Shown: positions 1 to 8,151, numbered from the stretch's first letter. The stretch: DNA of 13,706 nucleotides from a bacterium (GCA_046485285.1 JAWOHE010000053.1:1-13706), one strand, 5' to 3'. Numbers and translations are program-made. The notes: a model not told the origin generated them from the letters alone.

Positions 1-438
1 GGCGGGATGAGCGGGACGGCGTACCGGGTCGGCGCGACCGCGGGCCAGACCGCGGCCGGACGCTTGGCCGGGGCGCAGTACCTGGCGTTCATCGGCTTCT
101 GGCAGGCGGACGCGGAGGTCGGCATCCTCGACCGGGAGGGGCCGGCCCTGTCCCGGGGGCTTGAGACCCGGCTCGAGGCAATCGCGCCCAACCCGTTCCG
201 GGCCGGGACAGTGGTGCGATACGCGCTCGGGACAGGGGGGCCGGTGCGGCTAACGGTGCACGACCTGTGCGGCCGGCAGGTGCGGGTGCTGGTGGCCGGT
301 GAGCGGCCGGCGGGCCGGTACGCGGCGGACTGGCGGGGCGAAGACGACGCGGGCCGGGAGCTGGCGAACGGCGTCTATTTCTGCCGGTTCGCGGCCGGGG
401 ATACCCGGACGACGCAGAAGCTCATCCTCGCGCGCTAG
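1..438 (+). CDS. Secreted protein with C-terminal FlgD-Ig/T9SS type A sorting-like domain (5' truncated by window edge)
   Basis: Frame is open from base 1 to TAG at 436-438. The C-terminus has the typical pattern PNPF...V.L.VHDL.GRQVR.L...G.Y...W.G.D..G..LANGVYF.R.....T.KLIL, preceded by a GQ...G...Y...GFW motif. Confidence 0.8.
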   Translation, partial: GGMSGTAYRVGATAGQTAAGRLAGAQYLAFIGFWQADAEVGILDREGPALSRGLETRLEAIAPNPFRAGTVVRYALGTGGPVRLTVHDLCGRQVRVLVAGERPAGRYAADWRGEDDAGRELANGVYFCRFAAGDTRTTQKLILAR

Positions 439-456
439 GCGCGGGCAGGCACACGG

Positions 457-480
457 CGGGGCAGGCGCGAGCCTGCCCCG
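457..480. terminator. GC-rich hairpin between convergent genes, probable bidirectional terminator
   Basis: Perfect 10-bp stem CGGGGCAGGC/GCCTGCCCCG with a GCGA (GNRA) loop, between stop codons at 438 (+) and 487 (-). No U-tract. Confidence 0.55.
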
Positions 481-486
481 GCCAGG

Positions 487-966
487 TCAGGGCGTGTGGC
501 AGGCGCCGCCGCCACGCTTGGCAAAGTACTTCTGGTGATACTCCTCGGCGGGCCAGAACGGCGCAGCCGATGCGACTTCGGTGACGACCGGCCGGCGGAA
601 ACGGCCCGACTCTTCAACGCGGCGGAGGGACTCGAGCGCCGCCTGCCGCTGGGCCTCTGAGTGGCTGTAGATTGCTGAGCGGTACTGCGAGCCGACGTCC
701 GGGCCCTGGCGGTTGCGCGTCGTCGGGTCGTGGATTGACCAGAAGACTTCGAGGAGCCGCTCGTAGCCGACCCGGGCCGGGTCGAAATCGATGAGCACGG
801 CCTCGGCGTGACCGGTCTCGCCAGTGCAGACCTGCCGGTAGTCCGGATTGTCGGCCTGACCGCCGGTGTAGCCGACGGTGGTCCGGACCACGCCATCGAC
901 CTTATCGAACGCGGCCTGGACTCCCCAGAAGCAGCCGGCCGCGAAAGTCGCCTTCTCGAGCTCCAT
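487..966 (-). CDS. msrA: Peptide-methionine (S)-S-oxide reductase MsrA (159 aa; possible N-terminally extended form starting at 1077 or 1071)
   Basis: Motifs FAAGCFWG, GYTGG, Y.QVC.G.TGHAEAV, HDPT..NRQGPDVGSQYRS, AEEYHQKY. Strong SD (CAGGAGGT) just upstream of ATG 966. Confidence 0.95.
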   Translation of the reverse strand: MELEKATFAAGCFWGVQAAFDKVDGVVRTTVGYTGGQADNPDYRQVCTGETGHAEAVLIDFDPARVGYERLLEVFWSIHDPTTRNRQGPDVGSQYRSAIYSHSEAQRQAALESLRRVEESGRFRRPVVTEVASAAPFWPAEEYHQKYFAKRGGGACHTP

Positions 967-1127
967 TGACACCTCCTGTCTCGCGACGTCAGCCTGCCCT
1001 GGTCCGCCCGGCCCGGCCACGCAGGATAAGCCGAGCACGAGCAGGGCGGCCAGCGGCGTCACGACGGCCATCACCATACAGGTTAGACTCCCAGCGGGCG
1101 ATAACGGCGCCAGGCCGGGGCGGTGCG

Positions 1128-1156
1128 TTGACTCTCTCCCCGTGTCCCGGTATTCT
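1128..1156 (+). promoter_or_regulatory. Sigma70-type promoter for the holA-leuS-guaA operon
   Basis: TTGACT (1128-1133), 17-nt spacer, TATTCT (1151-1156). The holA ATG follows 6 nt later. Confidence 0.75.
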
Positions 1157-1162
1157 TGACGA

Positions 1163-2275
1163 ATGGTACGTTCGCGGGCGGCCGCGGGCCGCAACGTCTT
1201 CGCCGAGATCGAGGCCGGCCGGATCGGCACGGCCTGGCTGCTCGTCGGCGACAACACCCTGCTCGTGGACGAGATAATCGCCCGGCTCAGGGCTAAGGTC
1301 GTCGACCCGGACTTCGAGGCCTTCGACTACGAGTCGTGGCTGGCCGACGAGGTTTCGCCCGAGGCGTTCGAGCAGGCAATCCGGCAGATGCCGGCCGGTT
1401 CACCGCGCCGGATGGTGGTCGTCAAGGGCATCACCCGTCCGGGTTCGAGGGGTCCGGCCTATGCGCGCCAGCTCGGCGCACACGGGGTCGAGCGGATGCT
1501 GGCCGCGCTCGCGGCCGTGCCCGACTCGGCCTGCGTGGTGCTGACCGGGACACCGAAGCGGGAGTTTGCCCGGCTCGCCGGAAGCCTCGGGCTGGCGGGG
1601 GCAATCGTACCGGTGGAACAGCCCGACGCCGAGTCGCTGGCCGGGTTTGCCCGGGCCTGGGCGCGCGAGCGCGGGCTCGAACTCGAGCCCGGGGCGGCAC
1701 GCCTGCTGGTCGAGGTCGTCGGCGCGGACGCGGCGATCGTCAGGTCCGAGGTCGACAAGCTGGCGGCCGCGCACCCGACCGGCACGAAGCTGGGGCCGGC
1801 CGAGGTGAGGTCGCTGGCCGGCGCATCGCGTGAATTCACGCTGGCCGAGTACGTCGGCCGGTTCCTGCGGCGGGACGCGGCCGGCGCGCTCGAGGTCCTG
1901 CGCCGGCTCGAGGCCTGGAGCAACCCGCGCGAGATTGCCGGCGGGGTCGTCGCGTGGCTGACGAACGCGCTGGTCGACCTCGCGGCCGAGCGGGCCGGCG
2001 CGCTCGCGCCGAACCTGCGCTGGAGGGTACGCGACCATTCCCGTCACTGGCCGAGCCTGGCCGAGCTGAACCGGGTGCTCCAGGCGCTCTACCGGCTGAA
2101 CCGGGACAGCGTCAGCGGCCGGCCCGAGACGCTGGCGCGGATTGAAGCGCTGACCACCTGCGCCGCCTGCCGGCGCGACGCTGGCTACTGCGACGCGTTC
2201 GCGTTTGCGCCGCCCGGCCCGGGGGCGGAGCTGTGCATTGTGCCGGGACGGACGAGGAGGAGTCAAGATGGCTGA
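1163..2275 (+). CDS. holA: DNA polymerase III delta subunit (divergent)
   Basis: N-terminal 'WLLVGDN.LL.DE.I..LR.KVVDP.FEAFDY...', 'MP..SPRRMVVVK' and 'A..LLVE.VG.D...VRSEVDKL' match the HolA pattern. Size 370 aa; adjacent to leuS. Confidence 0.85.
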   Translation: MVRSRAAAGRNVFAEIEAGRIGTAWLLVGDNTLLVDEIIARLRAKVVDPDFEAFDYESWLADEVSPEAFEQAIRQMPAGSPRRMVVVKGITRPGSRGPAYARQLGAHGVERMLAALAAVPDSACVVLTGTPKREFARLAGSLGLAGAIVPVEQPDAESLAGFARAWARERGLELEPGAARLLVEVVGADAAIVRSEVDKLAAAHPTGTKLGPAEVRSLAGASREFTLAEYVGRFLRRDAAGALEVLRRLEAWSNPREIAGGVVAWLTNALVDLAAERAGALAPNLRWRVRDHSRHWPSLAELNRVLQALYRLNRDSVSGRPETLARIEALTTCAACRRDAGYCDAFAFAPPGPGAELCIVPGRTRRSQDG

Positions 2276-4973
2276 TTCGACCGCCGGCCGGCAGCCACCG
2301 GCCGCACCGGTGTACGGGGCCCGTGCGCTCGAGCAGCGCTGGCAGGACTTCTGGCGCGAGCGGGGGACGTTCCACACCCCCGAGCGGCCGGAGCGGAAGT
2401 ACTACGTCCTCGAGATGTTCGCCTACCCGTCGGGCGACCTGCACGTCGGCCACGCCCGCAACTACACGATCGGCGACGTCATCGGCCGATACCGGAAGAT
2501 GCTCGGCTGCGACGTTCTCCACCCGTTCGGCTGGGACGCGTTCGGCCTGCCGGCTGAGAACGCCGCGATCGCCCACGGCAACCACCCGCGCGACTGGACC
2601 TTCGCCTCGATCGAGCTGTGCAAACGCAACCTCGACCTGATGGGCATCGCCTACGACTGGGACCGCGAAATCAACACCTGCCTGCCCGAGTACTACCGCT
2701 GGGACCAGTGGCTGTTCCTGCAGTTCTACAAGCGCGGGCTCGCCTACCGCAAGGAGGCCCTGCTCAACTGGTGCCCGGGCTGTCGGACCGTGCTCGCCAA
2801 CGAGCAGGTCGTCGATGGCCACTGCTACCGGGGGACCTGCCACGCGCTGATCGAGAAGCGGAAGATGACGCAGTGGTTCCTGCGCATCACCGACTACGCC
2901 CAGGAGCTGCTCGACGGCATCGACGGGCTCGACGGCTGGCCGGACAGCGTCCGAACGATGCAGCGGAACTGGATCGGCCGGTCCGAGGGCATCGAGGTCG
3001 TCTTCACGCTCGACGCCCCGCGCGCCGCGCGGGGAAGCCGCGCCAGCGGCATGGAGCATGAAAGTCTGCTTTCCTGCCCGGGCGGCGAAGAGCCGCCGAC
3101 GAAACTGCCGGTGTTCACGACCCGGCCGGACACACTCTGGGGCGTGACGTTCCTGGCCCTGGCGCCGGACGCGCCGCTCGCCGAGGAGTTGCTCCGCGGG
3201 ACCGGGCGCGAGGCCGAGGGCCGCGAGTTCATCCGTCGGGTTCTGCTCAGGCCGGAGGTCGACCGGGTCGCCGAGGGGCTGGACAAGGAAGGCTTCTTCA
3301 CCGGCCGGCACGCGGTGAACCCGGTGAACGGCGAGCGCGTGCCGATCTACCTCGCCGACTTCGTGCTGGCGTCGTACGGGACCGGGATGATAATGGCGGT
3401 ACCCGGCCACGACCAGCGCGACTTCGAGTTCGCGCGGAAGTACGGCGTGCCGGTCAAGGTCGTCATCCAGCCCCGGCGTCGGACGCCGGGAAGCCGCGCC
3501 GCAGGCGCGGAGGAAGAGGGAGAGGACTCGTCCTGCGCTTCCCGGCGGCCGAGCCGCCGGCTTCCGGCGGCCGAGCCGCCGGTGCTCCGGCCCGAGACGC
3601 TGGAGGCGGCGTGGACCGGGGACGGGGTGATGACCGGCTCGGGCCCGTTCGACGGCACGGTCGCGGGCAAGGGCGAGGCCGGCCGCGCGGGCATCGAGAA
3701 GGTGATGGACTGGGTCGAGGCACAGGGCTTCGGCCGGCGCACGGTCCAGTACCGGCTCAAGGACTGGCTGGTCTCGCGCCAGCGCTACTGGGGCGCGCCG
3801 ATCCCGATGATCCACTGCGAGCGGTGCGGCATCGTGCCGGTGCCGGAGCAGGCCCTGCCGGTGTTGCTGCCCGAGGGCGTCACCGACTTCAAGCCGAGGG
3901 GCACATCGGTGCTGGCGTCGGTCAGGGAATTCCACGAGACCACCTGCCCGGCGTGCGGCGGCCCGGCCCACCGCGACCCCGATACGATGGACACTTTCGT
4001 CAACTCGTCGTGGTACATGGTCCGCTATGCCGACCCGCACAACGACCGGGAGCCGTTCGGCCGCGCCGCGGCCGATGCCTGGTTGCCGATCGACGAGTAC
4101 ATCGGCGGCATCGAGCACGCCACCGGGCACCTGATATTCTTCCGTTTCTTCACCAAGGTGATGGCCGACCTCGGGCTGGTGTCGTTCCGCGAGCCGTGCC
4201 GGGTGCTACACACCCAGGGGATGGTCTCGCTCAACGGAGTCACGATGTCGAGTTCGAAGAACATCGGGGTCTGGGTCGGGCCGTTCACCGCCGAGTACGG
4301 GGCGGACGCCGCGCGGCTGGCGGTGCTGTTCGCCGCGCCGCCAGACAAGGCGATGGACTGGACCGACGACCTCGTCACCGGCGTGGTGCGGTTCCTGAAC
4401 CGGCTCTGGCGGCTCTACGACGAGCACGGCGGCCGGATGAGCGAGGAGCCGCCCGACCCGGCCCGGTTCACCGCCGCGGACAGGGAGCTCTACATCCGGC
4501 TCAACCAGACTCACCGGAAGGTGATGGACGACATCGAGGCGTTCCAGTACAACACCGCCATTGCGGCGCAGATGGAGCTCCTCAACCACCTCTACGGCTT
4601 CGCGGACAAGAACTCGCCGGTCTTCGGCTTCGCGCTCGGCCGGCTGGTGTTCCTGCTCGCCCCGTTCGCGCCGCACCTGGCCGAGGAATTCCTGCACCGC
4701 GGGATGCCGGACGCCGGCTCGCTCTTCGACGAGCGGTACCCGCAGCCGGACCCGGCTTGGCTGCGGTTCGACACGGTCACGGTCCCGGTTCAGGTCGACG
4801 GCAGGCTCCGCGCCCGGCTTGTCGTCCCGCGCGGCGCGCCGGACGACGAGGTCCGCGCGCTCGCGCTCGCCGACCCAGCAGTCGTTCAGGCCCTCGGCCC
4901 GCACCCGCCGGCCCGGGTCATCGTCGTGTCCGGGCGAATGGTCAGCATTGTCAGTACAAAGGAGGTATCGTGA
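2268..4973 (+). CDS. leuS: Leucine--tRNA ligase
   Basis: MFAYPSGDLHVGH (HIGH), GWDAFGLPAENAA, editing motifs TTRPDT and MAVPGHDQRD, DWLVSRQRYWGAPIP, DTMDTF..SSWY, YIGGIEHA, C-terminal VQVDG.LR. SD GAGGAGG before ATG 2268, which overlaps the holA stop. Confidence 0.97.
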   Translation: MADSTAGRQPPAAPVYGARALEQRWQDFWRERGTFHTPERPERKYYVLEMFAYPSGDLHVGHARNYTIGDVIGRYRKMLGCDVLHPFGWDAFGLPAENAAIAHGNHPRDWTFASIELCKRNLDLMGIAYDWDREINTCLPEYYRWDQWLFLQFYKRGLAYRKEALLNWCPGCRTVLANEQVVDGHCYRGTCHALIEKRKMTQWFLRITDYAQELLDGIDGLDGWPDSVRTMQRNWIGRSEGIEVVFTLDAPRAARGSRASGMEHESLLSCPGGEEPPTKLPVFTTRPDTLWGVTFLALAPDAPLAEELLRGTGREAEGREFIRRVLLRPEVDRVAEGLDKEGFFTGRHAVNPVNGERVPIYLADFVLASYGTGMIMAVPGHDQRDFEFARKYGVPVKVVIQPRRRTPGSRAAGAEEEGEDSSCASRRPSRRLPAAEPPVLRPETLEAAWTGDGVMTGSGPFDGTVAGKGEAGRAGIEKVMDWVEAQGFGRRTVQYRLKDWLVSRQRYWGAPIPMIHCERCGIVPVPEQALPVLLPEGVTDFKPRGTSVLASVREFHETTCPACGGPAHRDPDTMDTFVNSSWYMVRYADPHNDREPFGRAAADAWLPIDEYIGGIEHATGHLIFFRFFTKVMADLGLVSFREPCRVLHTQGMVSLNGVTMSSSKNIGVWVGPFTAEYGADAARLAVLFAAPPDKAMDWTDDLVTGVVRFLNRLWRLYDEHGGRMSEEPPDPARFTAADRELYIRLNQTHRKVMDDIEAFQYNTAIAAQMELLNHLYGFADKNSPVFGFALGRLVFLLAPFAPHLAEEFLHRGMPDAGSLFDERYPQPDPAWLRFDTVTVPVQVDGRLRARLVVPRGAPDDEVRALALADPAVVQALGPHPPARVIVVSGRMVSIVSTKEVS
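3016..3097 (+). repeat. In-frame multi-hairpin insertion element, copy 1, in the leuS editing (CP1) domain
   Basis: About 27 extra residues (APRAARGSRASGMEHESLLSCPGGEEP) before FTTRPDT. DNA forms successive hairpins and shares GGGAAGCCGCGCC, TCCTGC and GGCGGC..GAGCCGCCG with copy 2. Confidence 0.7.
3472..3582 (+). repeat. In-frame multi-hairpin insertion element, copy 2, in the leuS editing (CP1) domain
   Basis: About 36 extra residues after KVVIQP. Same hairpin order and shared motifs as copy 1; the last hairpin is tandemly duplicated. Confidence 0.7.
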
Positions 4974-5380
4974 GCGGTCTGTACAAACTTCTGCTGGTCG
5001 CGTTCATCCTGCTCTCGGCCGGGCTGCTCTACATCGTGGTCCGGCAGTCGCGGGACCGGGCGGACCTGCTGCCCTTCGAGGTCAGCGAGGACTCAGTAGC
5101 GGCCTACGCCCGCCGGGCCGACAGCCTGGGCCGGGTCGCGGAAATCCTCGAGGCGGACCTCGACGCGCTCGGCCTGCTCGAACAGCCGCGCGCGCGGCTC
5201 CAGCTCGCGCGCCTGCGCGCAGAGATTGCGTCGCTCCGGACCGCGGTCGAGCGCTGGCAGGTCGCACGGACGTCGCACGATAAGGACCTGGCCTATCGCG
5301 AGTGCGTCCTGCTCTACGGCCGCGTCTCCGGGATGTGCGAGGTGCTCCGGACCCCGGACGAGCGGGGGGACGAGGACTAG
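4970..5380 (+). CDS. Hypothetical protein, N-terminal membrane anchor plus helical/coiled-coil region (136 aa); paralog of the next gene
   Basis: GTG at 4970 overlaps the leuS stop (GTGA) with SD AAGGAGGT upstream. Hydrophobic LLLVAFILLSAGLLYIVV; clear similarity to 5398-5811. Confidence 0.85.
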   Translation: MSGLYKLLLVAFILLSAGLLYIVVRQSRDRADLLPFEVSEDSVAAYARRADSLGRVAEILEADLDALGLLEQPRARLQLARLRAEIASLRTAVERWQVARTSHDKDLAYRECVLLYGRVSGMCEVLRTPDERGDED

Positions 5381-5397
5381 CCGGGAGGAGGTGAGGC

Positions 5398-5811
5398 GTG
5401 AAGACGCTCTACTGGCTGTTAATGCTGGTGCTGGTCGGGCTGCTGGGCTACCTGCTCCACGCCTTCATCGAGGGGCGGAAGTACCAGGTTGAGTTCCTCA
5501 ACTACGAGGTCAGTCTCGACTCGATCGCGGTTTTTGAGGCGAGGGTCGACTCACTCAAGGAGACCGCCGATTCCCTGCGCGACCGGCTCGACCGGGCCGG
5601 CCTGCTCAGTCGGGGGTCGGTCCGGGCCCACCTCGCGCTGGTCGAGGACGAGCTCATCACCTTTAAGCGGACGGTCGAGATGTGGCGCAAGGCCAGACCG
5701 AGCAAGGGCGGCCGGGACCTCTACCGGCAGGCGGTCCTTCTCTACGGCCGGGCCTCGGCGGCGAGCCAGGCGCTGGCCTACGACACGCTGCTTGGTTCGG
5801 TTTCGGACTAG
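5398..5811 (+). CDS. Hypothetical protein, N-terminal membrane anchor plus helical/coiled-coil region (137 aa); paralog of the previous gene
   Basis: SD GGAGGAGGTG before GTG 5398. Hydrophobic N-terminus; shared EVS.DS.A...R.DSL...LD..GLL...VE.W..AR.S...DL.YR..VLLYGR.S pattern. Confidence 0.85.
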   Translation: MKTLYWLLMLVLVGLLGYLLHAFIEGRKYQVEFLNYEVSLDSIAVFEARVDSLKETADSLRDRLDRAGLLSRGSVRAHLALVEDELITFKRTVEMWRKARPSKGGRDLYRQAVLLYGRASAASQALAYDTLLGSVSD

Positions 5812-7340
5812 TGGACCGGGTTCTCGTCCTCGACTTCGGCTCGCAGTACAACCAGCTTATCGCCCGCCGGGTCCGCGAGCAGGGGGTCTTCTCGGAAATC
5901 GTGATGCCGGGCATCTCGGCCGGGGACATCCGGGCCCGGGGCGCGAGCGCGCTCATCCTGTCGGGCGGCCCGGCGTCGGTGCGGGTCCCGGGCGCGCCGC
6001 TGCCGGACCCGGGGATCTTCGAGCTCGGCATCCCGGTGCTCGGCATCTGCTACGGGATGCAGGCGATCGCGCTCCTGCTCGGCGGCCGGGTCCGGGGTGG
6101 GGTCAGCCGCGAGTACGGCGACGCGACGCTCTTGGTCCGCGGCCGGTCGCGCCTGCTCGCCGGCGTACCGCGCCGGTCCCGGGTCTGGATGAGCCACGGC
6201 GACCACATCACCCGCCTGCCGCGTGGGTTCGCGACCGTCGGCCGGACCGACTCGATCCCCCACGCCGCCATCGCCGACGAGCGGCGCGGCATCTATGGGG
6301 TCCAGTTCCACCCGGAGGTCAGCCACACCGACGTTGGAAGCCGGCTCCTCGCGAACTTCCTGTTCAAGGTCGCGCACTGCCGGGCCGACTGGACGATGAA
6401 GTCGTTCATCCACGACCAGTCCGAGCGGATCCGGGCCAGGGTCGGCGCCGGGCGCGTGCTCTGCGCGGTCTCGGGCGGGGTGGACTCGTCGGTGATGGCG
6501 GCGCTGCTGCGGCGCGCGCTCGGCCCGCGGCTCTTGCCGGTCTTCGTCGACAACGGGCTCCTGCGCAAGGGCGAGGCGACCGAGGTCAGGCGCGCGCTCG
6601 GCCGGCGGCTCGGGCTCCGCGTAGTCGACGCGCGGGAGCGGTTCCTCGACCGCCTGCGCGGGGTAGCCAACCCGGAGGAGAAGCGCCGGCGCATCGGCCG
6701 GACATTCGTCAAGGTCTTTGAGCAGGAGGCGGTTCGGCACGGGCCGGTTCGTTTCCTCGCACAGGGTACGCTCTACCCTGACCTCATCGAGTCCCGCTCT
6801 GCGTTCGGCGGCCCGTCGGCGACGATCAAGACCCACCACAACGTCGGCGGCCTGCCCCGGCGGATGAAGCTCGAGCTCATCGAGCCGCTCCGAGAGCTCT
6901 TCAAGGACGAGGTCCGCGCGCTCGGCCGCGAGCTCGGCCTGCCGGCCACGCTCATCGACCGCCACCCGTTCCCGGGTCCGGGGCTGGCGGTCCGCATCCT
7001 CGGCCCGGTCACCGCGGAGCGGGTGCGCCTGCTCCAGGAGGCCGACGACATCTTCACGAAGGAACTGCGGGCCGCCGGGCTGTACGACAAGGTCTGGCAG
7101 GCGCTGGCGGTGCTACTGCCGGTCCGGACAGTCGGGGTGATGGGCGACGAGCGGACCTACGAGAGTGTCGTCGTCCTGCGCGCGGTTACCTCGACCGACG
7201 CGATGACCGCGGACTGGGCCCGCCTGCCGGCCGAGTTCCTTGCCCGGGTGTCGAACCGCATCATCCGCGAAGTCAGGGGCATCAACCGGGTCGCCTACGA
7301 CATCAGCTCGAAGCCGCCGGCGACGATAGAATGGGAGTGA
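5811..7340 (+). CDS. guaA: GMP synthase (glutamine-hydrolysing)
   Basis: [83 protein letters not shown] start overlaps the upstream TAG (TAGTG). Confidence 0.98.
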   Translation: MDRVLVLDFGSQYNQLIARRVREQGVFSEIVMPGISAGDIRARGASALILSGGPASVRVPGAPLPDPGIFELGIPVLGICYGMQAIALLLGGRVRGGVSREYGDATLLVRGRSRLLAGVPRRSRVWMSHGDHITRLPRGFATVGRTDSIPHAAIADERRGIYGVQFHPEVSHTDVGSRLLANFLFKVAHCRADWTMKSFIHDQSERIRARVGAGRVLCAVSGGVDSSVMAALLRRALGPRLLPVFVDNGLLRKGEATEVRRALGRRLGLRVVDARERFLDRLRGVANPEEKRRRIGRTFVKVFEQEAVRHGPVRFLAQGTLYPDLIESRSAFGGPSATIKTHHNVGGLPRRMKLELIEPLRELFKDEVRALGRELGLPATLIDRHPFPGPGLAVRILGPVTAERVRLLQEADDIFTKELRAAGLYDKVWQALAVLLPVRTVGVMGDERTYESVVVLRAVTSTDAMTADWARLPAEFLARVSNRIIREVRGINRVAYDISSKPPATIEWE

Positions 7341-7344
7341 CGAA

Positions 7345-8115
7345 ATGGCAGACAACCGACAGCGGCCGGCCCGGGGCATCGCGACCACGCTCCTGCTTGT
7401 TGTCCTCGCGGCCGGGTGCGGCACGCGCGACCTGACCGAGAAGGTCAGCGTCAGCCTGCCGCCGGTCGCGGACGGCGAGGTCTCGACCTACCGGATAGTG
7501 ACGCCGGCCGGCGAGGCCGGCACGCTGGTCACCGCGGTGCACCACGACTGGCACGAGAAGACGCCGGTCTACCGGCTCACGGTCACGGCCCGGACACTGA
7601 CCGGCGCGGTCGAGACCACTGACTCCTCGCTGGTCGTGATGCGGCAGGTCGACCTGCGGCCAGTCGTGTCCTACCGGTTCATCCGGACCGGCGGGGCACT
7701 GCTCACGACAGCAGCCAACTACGGTGAGGGTTCGATAGCGGTCAGCACCTGGATGCATACCGGCCAAGAGCACCAGCGGCTGCTGCCGACCGACGTCCGG
7801 TCATTCGACACCGACCAACTCACGTTCCTCGGCCGCGCGCTCCGGCCCAGGCCCGGCCGGCCGGTCAAGCTGACGGTCATCGAACCGCTGGGCCCGCCGC
7901 CGGGCGGCAATCTCCGGCCGGGCGAGTTCGAGGCGCTGCCGGACGAGGAAGTCACGGTGCCCGCCGGTAGATTCGACTGCCGCAAACTCGCGCTGACGGT
8001 CGGCGACAGCCGGCTCGAGCTGTGGTACGAGAAATCCGGAGCGGGCAGGCTCGTCCGCTACTCCGCGGTCGGCACCGACATCATACTCGAACTTCTGGAC
8101 GAGCTGCGAGAATAG
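7345..8115 (+). CDS. Putative lipoprotein, beta-rich, possibly DUF3108-like
   Basis: Basic N-region, hydrophobic stretch and lipobox LAAG-C. The C-terminal 'EEVTVPAGRFDC.KL......LWY' motif is common in DUF3108-like proteins. Starts 4 nt after guaA. Confidence 0.75.
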   Translation: MADNRQRPARGIATTLLLVVLAAGCGTRDLTEKVSVSLPPVADGEVSTYRIVTPAGEAGTLVTAVHHDWHEKTPVYRLTVTARTLTGAVETTDSSLVVMRQVDLRPVVSYRFIRTGGALLTTAANYGEGSIAVSTWMHTGQEHQRLLPTDVRSFDTDQLTFLGRALRPRPGRPVKLTVIEPLGPPPGGNLRPGEFEALPDEEVTVPAGRFDCRKLALTVGDSRLELWYEKSGAGRLVRYSAVGTDIILELLDELRE

Positions 8116-8116
8116 A

Positions 8117-8139
8117 CGCGGGCGGGAGCCGGGCCCGCG
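8117..8139 (+). terminator. Possible terminator hairpin after the operon
   Basis: CGCGGGC/GCCCGCG stem directly after TAG 8115. No U-tract. Confidence 0.3.
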
Positions 8140-8151
8140 CCCCACGGTACT

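Noticed and set aside
922-936. Selenocysteine-type MsrA
   Set aside because: The catalytic codon is TGC (GCFWG); no in-frame TGA.
3016-3582. Inteins or self-splicing introns as the explanation for the LeuRS inserts
   Set aside because: Too short (about 80 and 110 nt), no C/S...HN intein ends, no group I or II core motifs.
2112-4130. Long antisense and alternative-frame ORFs (2112..4130, most of 3611..5380, 5808..6965, 8839..10269, 11137..12216)
   Set aside because: Shadow ORFs expected in very GC-rich DNA, overlapping well-supported genes; low-complexity R/G/P/A translations.
5682-5810. Upstream starts from the ORF track for guaA (5682), leuS (2205), msrA (1257) and C25 (12240)
   Set aside because: They overlap neighbouring genes or promoters; homology, SD positions and coupling favour 5811, 2268, 966/1077 and 12195.
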